The notes: a model not told the origin generated them from the letters alone. A DNA stretch of 64,000 nucleotides from an uncultured virus (IMG/VR IMGVR_UViG_3300021256_000067) (IMGVR_UViG_3300021256_000067), one strand, 5' to 3'; positions 40,411 to 49,802 are shown, numbered from the stretch's first letter. Made by a program: numbers and translations.

Positions 40411-43400
40411 ATGAATATTTTATATAAAATATTAAATGAAGCTCTGTTACAGTGGAATGATTCTTCTGATATTGAAGATTCAGGCCTTATTAAAGCATCT
40501 GATGTAGAAAACAGGATGAAGACTCAACTCGTCTATAAAATAGATGAGCTGAAAAGGATCAACCTATTCGGTAGTGGTTCTGGTTATATATATGAAAAAT
40601 TTAAAGATAAAATTTATATAGAAGGCGAACATGTTCAATTAGACGAAGATGGGTGTACAGTAAATGTATATAAACCTGGAGAATATAGAGTATATATAGA
40701 GAATTTTGATAAAATTGAAGAAATTTATAGTCATGCATTTAAAATGTCTGATTTGATGTCGATAAACATTCCCGACTCAGTGACTTCGATTGGAGATGGT
40801 GCCTTTTATAAATGCGCCAGCCTGTCCTCGGTGAATATCCCCGATTCGGTAACATCAATTGGTGAGTTTGCCTTTATGGGTTGCACGGGTCTGACCTCAA
40901 TGACCATACCTAACTCAGTGACTTCGATTGGCATAGCTGCCTTCGCGGGTTGCAGCGGCCTAACCTCAGTAACCATCTCCAACTCGGTGACTTCAATTGG
41001 CAATAGCGCCTTCGAGAATTGCAGTGAATTGACATCGGTAACTATTCCTAATTCTGTGAAAAAGATTGGTTCAGGAGTCTTCCAAGGTTGCACTGGCTTG
41101 ACCTCAATGGTTGTAGAGGGTGGAAACACAGAATATGATTCTCACAACAACTGCAACGCTATAATAGAAACTGCAACCAATACTTTAATCAGCGGTTGCA
41201 AGAATACCATTATCCCCAACTCGGTGACTAAGATTGGTGACTGGGCTTTCTATGCTTGCGCCGGTTTGACATCAATAACCATACCCGATTCAGTAACTTC
41301 GATTAGATGGGGGGCTTTCGAAGATTGTACAGGTTTGACCTCAGTGACCATCCCTGACTCAGTGACTTATATTGGTCATCAGGTCTTTACAGGTTGCGCA
41401 AATCTTAAAAAAGTATATGTAGAAAGTATAGATAAATTCAATGAGATAGAGTTTAAATCTGGTACTTCTGATCCTACATGCTATGGTGCAGAGTTAATCG
41501 AATTAAAAAAAGATTTGAATGAAGCTTTATTACAGTGGAATGATTCTGATATTGAAGACTTAGGAATTATTAAAACATCTGATGTAGAAAACAGAATGAA
41601 GGATCCTCAACTTGTCTATAAATTGAATAAACCGAGAAAAATAAAAATATTTGATAGTAATAGTATATATAGAAAATTTAAAGATAAAGTCTATATAAAC
41701 GGTGTATATGTTCAATTAGACAGATATGGATATACGGTAAATGAATATGAACCAGGTGAATATAGAACATACATAGAAGGTTTTGATAAGCTTAAAAAAA
41801 TATATGTTACTGCTTTTGATGGATGCCGGAACTTATTTTCTGTAATTATCCCTAACTCAGTGGCCGAGATTGGCACTGGTGCCTTCGCTTGGTGCAGGGG
41901 CTTGACCTCGGTGACCATCCCCAGTAAGGTAAAAAAGATTGGCACTCAAGCCTTCTGGTATTGCACTGGCTTGACCTCGGTGACCATCCCCAACTCGGTG
42001 ACATCGATAGGCTACCATGCCTTCTATCAATGCACCGGCTTGACGTCAGTGACTTGGAATGCGAAAGCGTGCGATGACTTTGATTATTATAGCTATCCTT
42101 TTGAGAATTTAGAAAATGTCACGTCTTTCTCCTTTGGAGATGAAGTTGAGAAAATACCAGCATATCTTTGCTGTGGACTGACTGGCTTGACCTCGGTAAC
42201 CATACCCAACTCAGTGACATGGATTGGATCTGCGGCCTTTCACAGGTGTAAAAATCTTAAAAAAGTATATGTAGAGGATATAGATAAATTCAATGAAATA
42301 TGCTTTCTAACTAAAACATCTAATCCTACATGTTACGGCGCTGAACTAATTGAACTGAAGAAAGGTTTGAATGAGGCTCTGTTACAGTGGAATGATTCTT
42401 CTGATATTGAAGACACAGGCCTTATTAAAGCATCTGATATAGAAAACAGGATGAAGACTCAGCTCGTCTATAAAATAGATGAGTTGAAAAGGATCAGAAT
42501 ATTTTATGCTAATATTGAAGATCCAGATGATACTCGATATACATATTCTGAATATAAAGATAAAGTTTATGTAAATGGTGAGCATGTTAAATTAGACGGA
42601 AAGGGATATACGGTAAATGAATATGAACCTGGTAAATATAGAGTATATATAGAAGATTTTGATAAACTTGAAGAAATTGAAGATTTTACATTTTATGAAT
42701 GTACTGATTTGATGTCAATCATTATCCCTAACTCTATAACAACGATCAGCTGTGGCGCCTTCTGTGGTTGCAGTGGCTTGACCTCTGTGACCATTCCCAA
42801 CTCAGTAACCTTAATTGACAACAGCGCCTTCCAAAATTGCAGTGGCTTGACTTCGATAGACATCCCTAATACAGTGAGAGAAATTTACAGCAGTGCCTTC
42901 TCTGATTGCACCGGCTTGACCTCTGTGACCATCCCCAACTCGGTAACATTGATTGGTAATAGCGCTTTCTCTGGTTGCACCGGCTTGACCTCTGTGACCA
43001 TCCCCAGTTCAGTGACTGAAATGGGAGGTTGTGTTTTCTATGATTGCACAAACCTTAAAACAATATATGTAGAAAGTATAAGTAAATTCAAGAAGATAAA
43101 ATTTTCGGGATGGGGTGATAAATCTAAATTGCTTAGAAAGGTAAAATTAATTGAACTAAAGAAAGATTTAAATGAAGCTCTGTTACAGTGGAATGATTCT
43201 TCTGATATTGAAGACACAGGCCTTATTAAAGCATCTGATATAGAAAACAGTATGCGTCCTTATCTTATATATAAAGTAGATCTAAATAGGTATGATAATA
43301 TAAAAATATTTGAGCGAAATACTTCTATATATAAAAAATATAAAGATAAAGTTTATATAAACGGTGAACATATTGAATTAGATCAGAATGGATATACAGT

Positions 43401-44700
43401 AAAGGAATATGAATCGGGTGAATATAGAGTATATATAGAGGATTTTAATAAACTTGAAGAAATATGTCACAAAGCCTTTACGGATTGTATAGAGCTGACT
43501 TCGGTTACCATCCCTGACTCTGTGACTAAGATTGGTGAATTTGCCTTCCGTGGTTGCAGCAGATTGACATCGATAACTATCCCTGACTCTGTGACAACGA
43601 TTGGCGCTGCTGCATTCTATAACTGCGACTGTCTGACTTCGGTTACCATCCCCGATTCGGTGACCAAGATTGGTAATAGTGCCTTTATGGAGTGTAGCAG
43701 ATTGACATCGATAACTATCCCTGACTCTGTGTCAATAATTGGAGGTTCTGCCTTTCAAGGTTGCACAGGCTTGACATCAATAACCATTCCCGACTCTGTA
43801 ACTTTGATTAGTGACTATGCTTTCTATTGTTGTACAAGCTTGATCTCGATTGAAATCCCCAACTCTGTGACAAAAATTAATGAATATACTTTCGTTGGTT
43901 GCAGTAGCTTAACCTCGGTGACCATCCCCAACACGGTGATTACGATTGGCCACAGGGCCTTTGAGAGTTGCAGCAGCTTAAAATCAGTTGCCATTCCCGA
44001 CTCAGTGACCAAGATTGGTAATGGTGCCTTCTCGGATTGCACAGGCTTAACCTCGGTGACAATCTCCAATTCTGTAACTGAGATTGGCAAATTTGCCTTC
44101 TGGAATTGTAAAAATCTTAAAAAAGTATATGTAGAAAGTATAGATAAATTTAATGAGATATACTTTATACATGAAACATCTAATCCCACATATTACGGTG
44201 CAGAATTAGTTGAATTAAAACAAGGTTTAAATGAAGCTCTAATTTCATGGGATGATTCAGATACAGAAGATGATTCCCATATATTAAACCACCATAATAT
44301 TAAACGTTCTTTTGAAAGAATAGATTTAAATGATTATAAAAAATCAGTGGCATATTGGCAAAATCAAAATAAAAATTATCCGTGGTTTAAAAATTATATA
44401 AATGATATCATTAATTTATATTTTAATAATAAACAAGATTTTGAGAAATATATAAAAACATGTATTAATGATAGTTATGGTGGCTCTGATCTAAGATCAG
44501 AGGAAATATATTACAGTGTTATTAATAATTACGGTTTATTCATTGATAAGTTATTCAGAATACCGGATGAATCTGAATTAAAAGCTATAGTAGATATTAC
44601 AAAATATGTACCTTTAAAATGGCAGTCTACATTCTGGAATGTCGCTATTTTTGGAGATAGGGGGCTTATATGGTGCATAGTTAAACATAATGAAATTTAA
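40411..44700 (+). CDS. BspA-type (LRR_5) leucine-rich-repeat protein; four LRR modules plus a fifth non-LRR module, each opened by LNEAL[LI]xW
   Basis: Dozens of [17 protein letters not shown] repeats; LNE codons begin at 40432, 41515, 42367, 43168, 44227. Confidence 0.92.
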   Translation: MNILYKILNEALLQWNDSSDIEDSGLIKASDVENRMKTQLVYKIDELKRINLFGSGSGYIYEKFKDKIYIEGEHVQLDEDGCTVNVYKPGEYRVYIENFDKIEEIYSHAFKMSDLMSINIPDSVTSIGDGAFYKCASLSSVNIPDSVTSIGEFAFMGCTGLTSMTIPNSVTSIGIAAFAGCSGLTSVTISNSVTSIGNSAFENCSELTSVTIPNSVKKIGSGVFQGCTGLTSMVVEGGNTEYDSHNNCNAIIETATNTLISGCKNTIIPNSVTKIGDWAFYACAGLTSITIPDSVTSIRWGAFEDCTGLTSVTIPDSVTYIGHQVFTGCANLKKVYVESIDKFNEIEFKSGTSDPTCYGAELIELKKDLNEALLQWNDSDIEDLGIIKTSDVENRMKDPQLVYKLNKPRKIKIFDSNSIYRKFKDKVYINGVYVQLDRYGYTVNEYEPGEYRTYIEGFDKLKKIYVTAFDGCRNLFSVIIPNSVAEIGTGAFAWCRGLTSVTIPSKVKKIGTQAFWYCTGLTSVTIPNSVTSIGYHAFYQCTGLTSVTWNAKACDDFDYYSYPFENLENVTSFSFGDEVEKIPAYLCCGLTGLTSVTIPNSVTWIGSAAFHRCKNLKKVYVEDIDKFNEICFLTKTSNPTCYGAELIELKKGLNEALLQWNDSSDIEDTGLIKASDIENRMKTQLVYKIDELKRIRIFYANIEDPDDTRYTYSEYKDKVYVNGEHVKLDGKGYTVNEYEPGKYRVYIEDFDKLEEIEDFTFYECTDLMSIIIPNSITTISCGAFCGCSGLTSVTIPNSVTLIDNSAFQNCSGLTSIDIPNTVREIYSSAFSDCTGLTSVTIPNSVTLIGNSAFSGCTGLTSVTIPSSVTEMGGCVFYDCTNLKTIYVESISKFKKIKFSGWGDKSKLLRKVKLIELKKDLNEALLQWNDSSDIEDTGLIKASDIENSMRPYLIYKVDLNRYDNIKIFERNTSIYKKYKDKVYINGEHIELDQNGYTVKEYESGEYRVYIEDFNKLEEICHKAFTDCIELTSVTIPDSVTKIGEFAFRGCSRLTSITIPDSVTTIGAAAFYNCDCLTSVTIPDSVTKIGNSAFMECSRLTSITIPDSVSIIGGSAFQGCTGLTSITIPDSVTLISDYAFYCCTSLISIEIPNSVTKINEYTFVGCSSLTSVTIPNTVITIGHRAFESCSSLKSVAIPDSVTKIGNGAFSDCTGLTSVTISNSVTEIGKFAFWNCKNLKKVYVESIDKFNEIYFIHETSNPTYYGAELVELKQGLNEALISWDDSDTEDDSHILNHHNIKRSFERIDLNDYKKSVAYWQNQNKNYPWFKNYINDIINLYFNNKQDFEKYIKTCINDSYGGSDLRSEEIYYSVINNYGLFIDKLFRIPDESELKAIVDITKYVPLKWQSTFWNVAIFGDRGLIWCIVKHNEI

Positions 44701-44707
44701 TTATAAT

Positions 44708-44738
44708 AAAAAAGGACCTTTTCAAAAGGCCCTTTTTA
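44708..44738. terminator. bidirectional terminator between the LRR gene and the tRNA array
   Basis: AAAAAGGACCTTT-TCA-AAAGGCCCTTTTT imperfect hairpin. Confidence 0.65.
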
Positions 44739-44829
44739 TATCATATTTTAATTTAAGGAAATATACTACCAATATAAAAGGTAATATATAGGTTTTATAT
44801 TTATTAATATAAAAATTGTTTGAATTTAG

Positions 44830-44900
44830 TTGGCCATGGAGGTAACGCTCCCCCTCCCTCAGGACCAAAACCTGATGTGCGACTTTCACACCGATGGCCA
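44830..44900 (-). tRNA. tRNA-Gln(UUG), atypical T-loop AGCGTTA
   Basis: TGGCCAT/ATGGCCA acceptor; TCAGG-TT-TTG-GT-CCTGA. Confidence 0.85.
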
Positions 44901-44910
44901 ATATAAGATG

Positions 44911-44982
44911 AGCGATTGACCAGAATCGAACTGGCATCTCTAGCTTGGAAGGCTAGAGCACTAACCATTGTGCTACAATCGC
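44911..44982 (-). tRNA. tRNA-Gly(UCC)
   Basis: CTAGC-CT-TCC-AA-GCTAG; TTCGATT T-loop. Confidence 0.92.
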
Positions 44983-44989
44983 ATAAATG

Positions 44990-45072
44990 TGCCCCGTGAT
45001 GGACTTGCACCACCCATAGCCAAAGCTATCTGATTTACAGTCAGACCCGTTGCTATCTCCGGTCACCGAGGC
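44990..45072 (-). tRNA. tRNA-Tyr(GUA)
   Basis: TCTGA-CT-GTA-AA-TCAGA, long variable arm. Confidence 0.85.
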
Positions 45073-45219
45073 ATATTTTGAGCCTTACAAGATTGCGCAC
45101 TCTTGCAAGTTGTTTATATCTGTGCTTGTCCATCTTTACACCATTCCTTAAGAGCCCTGCATATCAGAATTACGTACTTCTATACGATACCGAACTCACC
45201 TGATACAATCTCAAAATTG

Positions 45220-45291
45220 AGCCTCCTGTCGGATTCGAACCAACGACCTGCTCATTACAAGTGAGCTGCACTACCACTGTGCTAAGGAGGC
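45220..45291 (-). tRNA. tRNA-Thr(UGU)
   Basis: GCTCA-CT-TGT-AA-TGAGC. Confidence 0.93.
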
Positions 45292-45457
45292 AATTAAAAT
45301 AATTTATATAGAAATTCTAGCTAGTCGGATAAAGGTAACAAGGATCCTAAAACCATACCTTGCTTCTCTTTTGGATAAGAGTGTTTGTATATATTTAGGA
45401 CACATACTTCCTAATATCCTCAACCTTTTCTCCAATTTCAATATGTAAATTATTTTG

Positions 45458-45530
45458 TGACCTCGGTGGGACTCGAACCCACGGCTCTTACATTAAAAGT
45501 GTAATACTCTACCAACTGAGTTACGAAGTC
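45458..45530 (-). tRNA. tRNA-Lys(UUU)
   Basis: TTACA-CT-TTT-AA-TGTAA. Confidence 0.92.
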
Positions 45531-45727
45531 ATTTTACGCAAGGCAAACAATAAAACCCTGCTTATCCTTTCTGTTAGTTTCTATTATAGTTTCCAAAACT
45601 TACAATGGCGATTTCCTCACCTTCAAAAATCTCATTTCATTCGGTTGTACAACCTATGATGATTATGGTTTCATCAAATACCCCATACACTTTAATGATC
45701 AGCATGGTTACGTCAGGTCTTGTTTAG

Positions 45728-45884
45728 TCGGATAAGGAGGAATTGAACCCCCACCCAATATGATTATGCTTCTATGACTGCGCGGTCACTTGTTGAAACA
45801 TCAGCATATCGTCTTCAGTATTCCGCGCTTTTATTCCCGAAGCTCCCACCCCTTGTGGGTGCGCTACCGTTGCGCTATTATCCG
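45728..45884 (-). ncRNA. tRNA-Pro-like RNA with a giant structured variable region (157 nt)
   Basis: Acceptor CGGATAA/TTATCCG, D-arm GCGC/GCGC, CCCAC/GTGGG hairpin, ~90-nt insert, T-arm GGGGG-TTCAATT-CCTCC. Confidence 0.7.
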
Positions 45885-45890
45885 TTATTT

Positions 45891-46028
45891 GTGCTTGATA
45901 TGTCATCGTGCTAACCGTTACACTAAGGAGTCGAACCAATCTTATGACACAATCAAGCACTTTGATATGTCATCGTGCTAACCGTTACACTAAGGAGTCG
46001 AACCAATCTTATGACACAATCAAGCACT
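45891..46028 (-). repeat. 67-bp direct tandem repeat (2 copies) encoding a T-loop/D-arm hairpin
   Basis: 45895-45961 is repeated at 45962-46028. Confidence 0.9.
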
Positions 46029-46191
46029 TACTAAAAATGACCCAATACAAATTTGCAACTTCACATTGTTGTTTGCTGAACGTGCTTCTTTGTCACCTTT
46101 ACACCTTCCATCACCGCTATGTATTTAGTAGTCTCGAACTGTCGCGACCAGTCACGAGTAAATACCCCCTTTCAACAATGTCATTTCTTTG

Positions 46192-46263
<72 letters not shown>

Positions 46264-46662
46264 ATATATAGCCAAGATTTTGCGCAATCTGGATACCTAT
46301 CTTGGGGTTCCATGACGTCACCTCTGAAGTGGGTCTCTCTCCATCGCCTAAACAGTGCGCTACGTCAGCATCCAATATCTTGGCTTTTGTAAAAAAGTTC
46401 AATCCTCTGCAGATGGAGTGTTCTGATGAATGATTTGCACGTTCTTTCATCCTTTCAGGACAGCTTTACTATATAAGCTAATCAGACACTCACGAACTGA
46501 ACTCTATGTATAAAATTGAAATCCCTATAGGTAAATGCAAACCATCACACACAGTCAATGAATGGGAGTCGAACCCATAGTCTCTGAACGTTACAGTGGT
46601 GATACCGATGCGCCTAACCACTGACTGATGAACAATCATTCACATTGATTTCAACTTTATTG

Positions 46663-46736
46663 TACTGCCAGCGGGGTATGATCCCGCAATCTCCGCCGTG
46701 AAAGGGCGACGAGTTAGCCAATTACTCCATGGCAGC
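46663..46736 (-). tRNA. tRNA-Glu(UUC)
   Basis: TCGCC-CT-TTC-AC-GGCGG; atypical T-loop ATCATAC. Confidence 0.85.
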
Positions 46737-46795
46737 ATTTGCGGTGCGTACGTGACTCGAACCAATCTTTTCATATTAATCAAACGCACCAATTG

Positions 46796-46869
46796 TACTT
46801 CGGCTGGGATTCAAACCCAGGACCCACAGCTTAGAAGGCTGTTGCTCTATTCATCTGAGCTACCGAAGC
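46796..46869 (-). tRNA. tRNA-Arg(UCU)
   Basis: ACAGC-CT-TCT-AA-GCTGT. Confidence 0.92.
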
Positions 46870-47044
46870 AAATAAACACAGGAATGGACTAGCCAAACAC
46901 ACCTATAGGCGTAACCCACCAACATCCTGTGTTGTCGCAGCGAGATTATGTACATCACGTCTGCCGCTGTTTCTCCCACTTGCTCCTGAGAAACATAGCC
47001 AAACCTTGGAGTGGAGTTTCTGAAAATCTCCCAACCGTATGTAG

Positions 47045-47583
47045 TGGTCGTGATAGGGTTTGAACCTACGACCTCTTGATTCTTACCACACTATGTTACC
47101 ATAGCCAACCTAATATTGCCTCTCCTGACAGGCACTTTACACTGGCGGTCAACTCCAGAAACCTCCTTTTCACAAAGGTATAGGTTGTTGTGGTCTAGAC
47201 TGTTTACCATATTGAAATTCTTGCAAGATTGAGGTTGTTTCGTATAAATTCCTCCAACGTTAATTTTTCGAAGATTCGGAATTACTCATTTTCAACTCAA
47301 ATTTCAACTTAGGTATCACTCATTCAGTCTACACGATTATAATGAATAATGTCAGGTATGGAACAATTCCTTCCCACAGAATATTCAATATATTATCTGA
47401 TTCATTATATTCGCTCGGTGTTGTCCTTACACATTATTGGTTAGTGTGCAAAGTGTTATGCTCTTATCATTCTTTACGATGATTCAAAGGATTTCCACCG
47501 AATTTGGGTGATTCTACTATGGGATTTCTCGCCATAGCACTCTTTATAAAAATGTAACACTCTTCCAACTGAATTACGAAGTC
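47045..47583 (-). pseudogene. intron-interrupted chimeric tRNA (Lys-like 5' half, non-cognate 3' half)
   Basis: 5' exon ~47548-47583 resembles tRNA-Lys 45458; 3' exon 47045-47081 has a full T-arm but acceptor CACGACC does not pair with GACTTCG. Confidence 0.7.
47082..47547 (-). mobile_element. group I intron, no homing-endonuclease ORF (~466 nt)
   Basis: P3 ATCACCCA/TGAGTGAT, P4 TTCGGTG/CACCGAG, P7 AGACTG/CAGTCT, P9.0 ACCACA/TGTGGT, terminal G before AA at tRNA position 37. Confidence 0.8.
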
Positions 47584-47590
47584 AAATCAG

Positions 47591-47663
47591 TGGATCCAGT
47601 GAGACTCGAACTCACGGTCTCCTGCGTGCAAGGCAGGCGCTTTTCCAACTAAGCTATGAACCC
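47591..47663 (-). tRNA. tRNA-Ala(UGC)
   Basis: CCTGC-CT-TGC-AC-GCAGG; G3.U70. Confidence 0.93.
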
Positions 47664-47691
47664 ATCAACTGGCAGTGTTGATAAAAAATTG

Positions 47692-47765
47692 TCGAGAACG
47701 TATGATTCGAACATCTCCTCCTCATCCCAAATGAGGTATGCTAACCGGGTTACACCACGTTCTCG
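47692..47765 (-). tRNA. tRNA-Pro(UGG)
   Basis: CCTCA-TT-TGG-GA-TGAGG; imperfect T-stem. Confidence 0.8.
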
Positions 47766-47965
47766 TGGCGCCGCCTAACTTATATTTTTACATTTAGTAT
47801 ATATCCTAAACACTGGGGCCGTGCGGCATGTTCCCAAGTACTATGGAAAGCTTCTCCCCATCTAATGGCCAATTAGAGTCTCAGTAGTTGCGGTCGAAGA
47901 CGCTAAAACTTGGCAAGGGTTATGATCCTTTGTAGATTACCTAATCTCACCCTATATAATCTTTG

Positions 47966-48111
47966 TCGGTAAAGATGGAATCGAACCATCACTGCTATAA
48001 ATATAAAACATTCAACATTCTATATAAATAACACCTTTGTACCTTAAGACGTCATTATAGTACAAAACCTCCCAGACCAATATGGGTATGCTACCTTTAC
48101 ACCATTTACCA
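47966..48111 (-). ncRNA. second tRNA-Pro-like RNA with a giant variable region (146 nt)
   Basis: Acceptor TGGTAAA/TTTACCG, D-arm, CCCA-TATTGGTC-TGGG, ~75-nt insert, T-arm GATGG-TTCGATT-CCATC. Confidence 0.7.
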
Positions 48112-48114
48112 AAG

Positions 48115-48189
48115 CGGTCCTGACGGGACTCGAACCCGCAACCTCGCACCGTGACAGGGTGGTATGCTAACCAATTGCACCACAGAACC
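48115..48189 (-). tRNA. tRNA-Asp(GUC)
   Basis: CACC-CT-GTC-AC-GGTG; G73. Confidence 0.9.
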
Positions 48190-48739
48190 AAAAAAATAAT
48201 GTCTCGGCTAAAGTAAATTCTGATAACGAATCAATTATTGCATTGTAGTTTATGCCTGATGGCAGTCCGGCATAATTACCCTTCCTCGTTTATGGTATTG
48301 GGCATACACAGTTTCACGAACTGTCAAAACTTAATTCCAATTTCCTTCCGTACTTGTGGAACTAACAATAATTGCCTCACAATAGTTATCAATACTCAAA
48401 ATGTAAAGGAAATTCAAATAATCATTTCAGACTATTTTAATTCAAGAATGTTTGCAACCATTCAAGTTACATTCTATGAGATACTCCACCTTTAAACTAT
48501 TGCTCTTCGTTGTTGTTTTGTTGATGCAAACCCTACCATCGGCGCATCAGTCTTGAACCTTCTGTACTATAGTTCTTCAACATCGAAACCATTATTTAGT
48601 TTTGCGGGTAACAGAGGACTCGAACCTCCTGTAATAATCTTAATTATCTGCAGTTTTAAGATTACACACCACCCAATTTTAAATTCAACTAATGTACACT
48701 CATTGAATACAAATTTGTGTAGAAACCCATGTTTAAAAG

Positions 48740-48813
48740 TTGCGTGGGGTCAGATTCGAACTGACGACCTTCTGCTTATGAGACAGACGAGCTGACCACT
48801 GCTCCACCCCGCA
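48740..48813 (-). tRNA. tRNA-Met(CAU), second initiator-like copy with bulged acceptor
   Basis: TCTGT-CT-CAT-AA-GCAGA; GGAGCAGTGGTCAGCTCG D-arm. Confidence 0.8.
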
Positions 48814-48911
48814 ATATGTAAATAGAAGCAGTAGCATTTAGACCGATTTCAATCGCAACATCCAATTATCCTGCTACGGACTTATGTTCCTTTGTACTTC
48901 TATTTTTTCTT

Positions 48912-49000
48912 TAAAAGAAAGGTTAAGCTCTATGCATTTAAGCTACTCTCCGTACGCCGTCATTGAGATTGGATTTCAACCAATATCACCTTTCTTCTTA
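48912..49000 (-). ncRNA. circularly permuted tRNA-like RNA (T-arm before D-arm)
   Basis: AAGAAGAAAGGT...ATTGG-TTGAAAT-CCAAT...loop-closed acceptor-like stem...GCTT-AAATGCATA-GAGC...ACCTTTCTTTT. Confidence 0.55.
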
Positions 49001-49209
49001 GATGCCACCGAAGGATTCGAACCTCCTCCCGAATCACCAGGGATGTACCTGCGGGTTCCATATATGCAGCTAACATACGGTGGCAATGTAAAGTTGAAAC
49101 TCTTGCAAGATGTGAGTGCAGTTTCTATAACTACCAAGAGCAGTCCCTATACTGCTGCTTTCAACGTCTTGAGGTTTTAATTTTATACTCACAAATTCCA
49201 ACTTTATTG

Positions 49210-49280
49210 TAGCCCAGCACGGTAACGCTCCGTGTTCTCAAGAATGAAAATCTTGCGTTCTGCTTCTAAACTACAGGGCC
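49210..49280 (-). tRNA. tRNA-Glu(UUC), atypical T-loop AGCGTTA
   Basis: CAAGA-TT-TTC-AT-TCTTG. Confidence 0.8.
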
Positions 49281-49583
49281 ATATTTGAGCAATTTGATAT
49301 GGAGTGTACTGCTCATTGATTCATGTTGTGATCTTCAACAATCTTCTCTCCTTGAATCAGAAATTCTCCGGATAAATTCTGAATCCGTAGCATCCTACTC
49401 AGGCTTGACGAAGGCCTCTCGGAACTCTTGCTCGGCTAATTTACAGAAAACTAGCAAAAATAAATGGATTCTTCTTATAAATCTATGTGGACAATCAAAT
49501 GCAAAAAAGGAGGTGTCCATGGAAATCTATCAGAATCTTGCACATTTGGCGAGAATCCACGATCGTGATAGACTTGTTATTTG

Positions 49584-49657
49584 CGCTCCCTCTTGGACTC
49601 GAACCAAGGACCCTCTGATTAACAGTCAGATGCTCTAACCAACTGAGCTAAGGAAGC
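49584..49657 (-). tRNA. tRNA-Asn(GUU)
   Basis: TCTGA-CT-GTT-AA-TCAGA. Confidence 0.93.
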
Positions 49658-49680
49658 TATCAAATTTTCTAATTTATTAC

Positions 49681-49802
49681 CCACTATGTCAATGAGCTCT
49701 GTTTTAAAATCACTCTACAAAGTTATATCAAAATAATGACATAAAAAAATTTTTTGAGTAATTAACTTTATTTTAACATTTAAGTTAAATTTTGTTTAAG
49801 TA
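49681..49802 (-). promoter_or_regulatory. tRNA-operon promoter cassette (TAACTTTG -7 box + boxA-like element), copy 1
   Basis: ~120 nt closely similar to 50174-50296; -7 box at 49718-49725; GCTCATTGACATA at 49685-49697. Confidence 0.75.

Noticed and set aside
45540..45630. RNase P RNA
   Set aside because: GAGGAAA-like and AAAACCC.GCTTAT-like strings are on opposite strands and too close; no P4 pseudoknot arrangement
45891..46028. CRISPR array
   Set aside because: Only two contiguous 67-bp copies with no spacer and no cas genes
47082..47547. Homing endonuclease inside the intron
   Set aside because: No ORF of 60 aa or more in the intron
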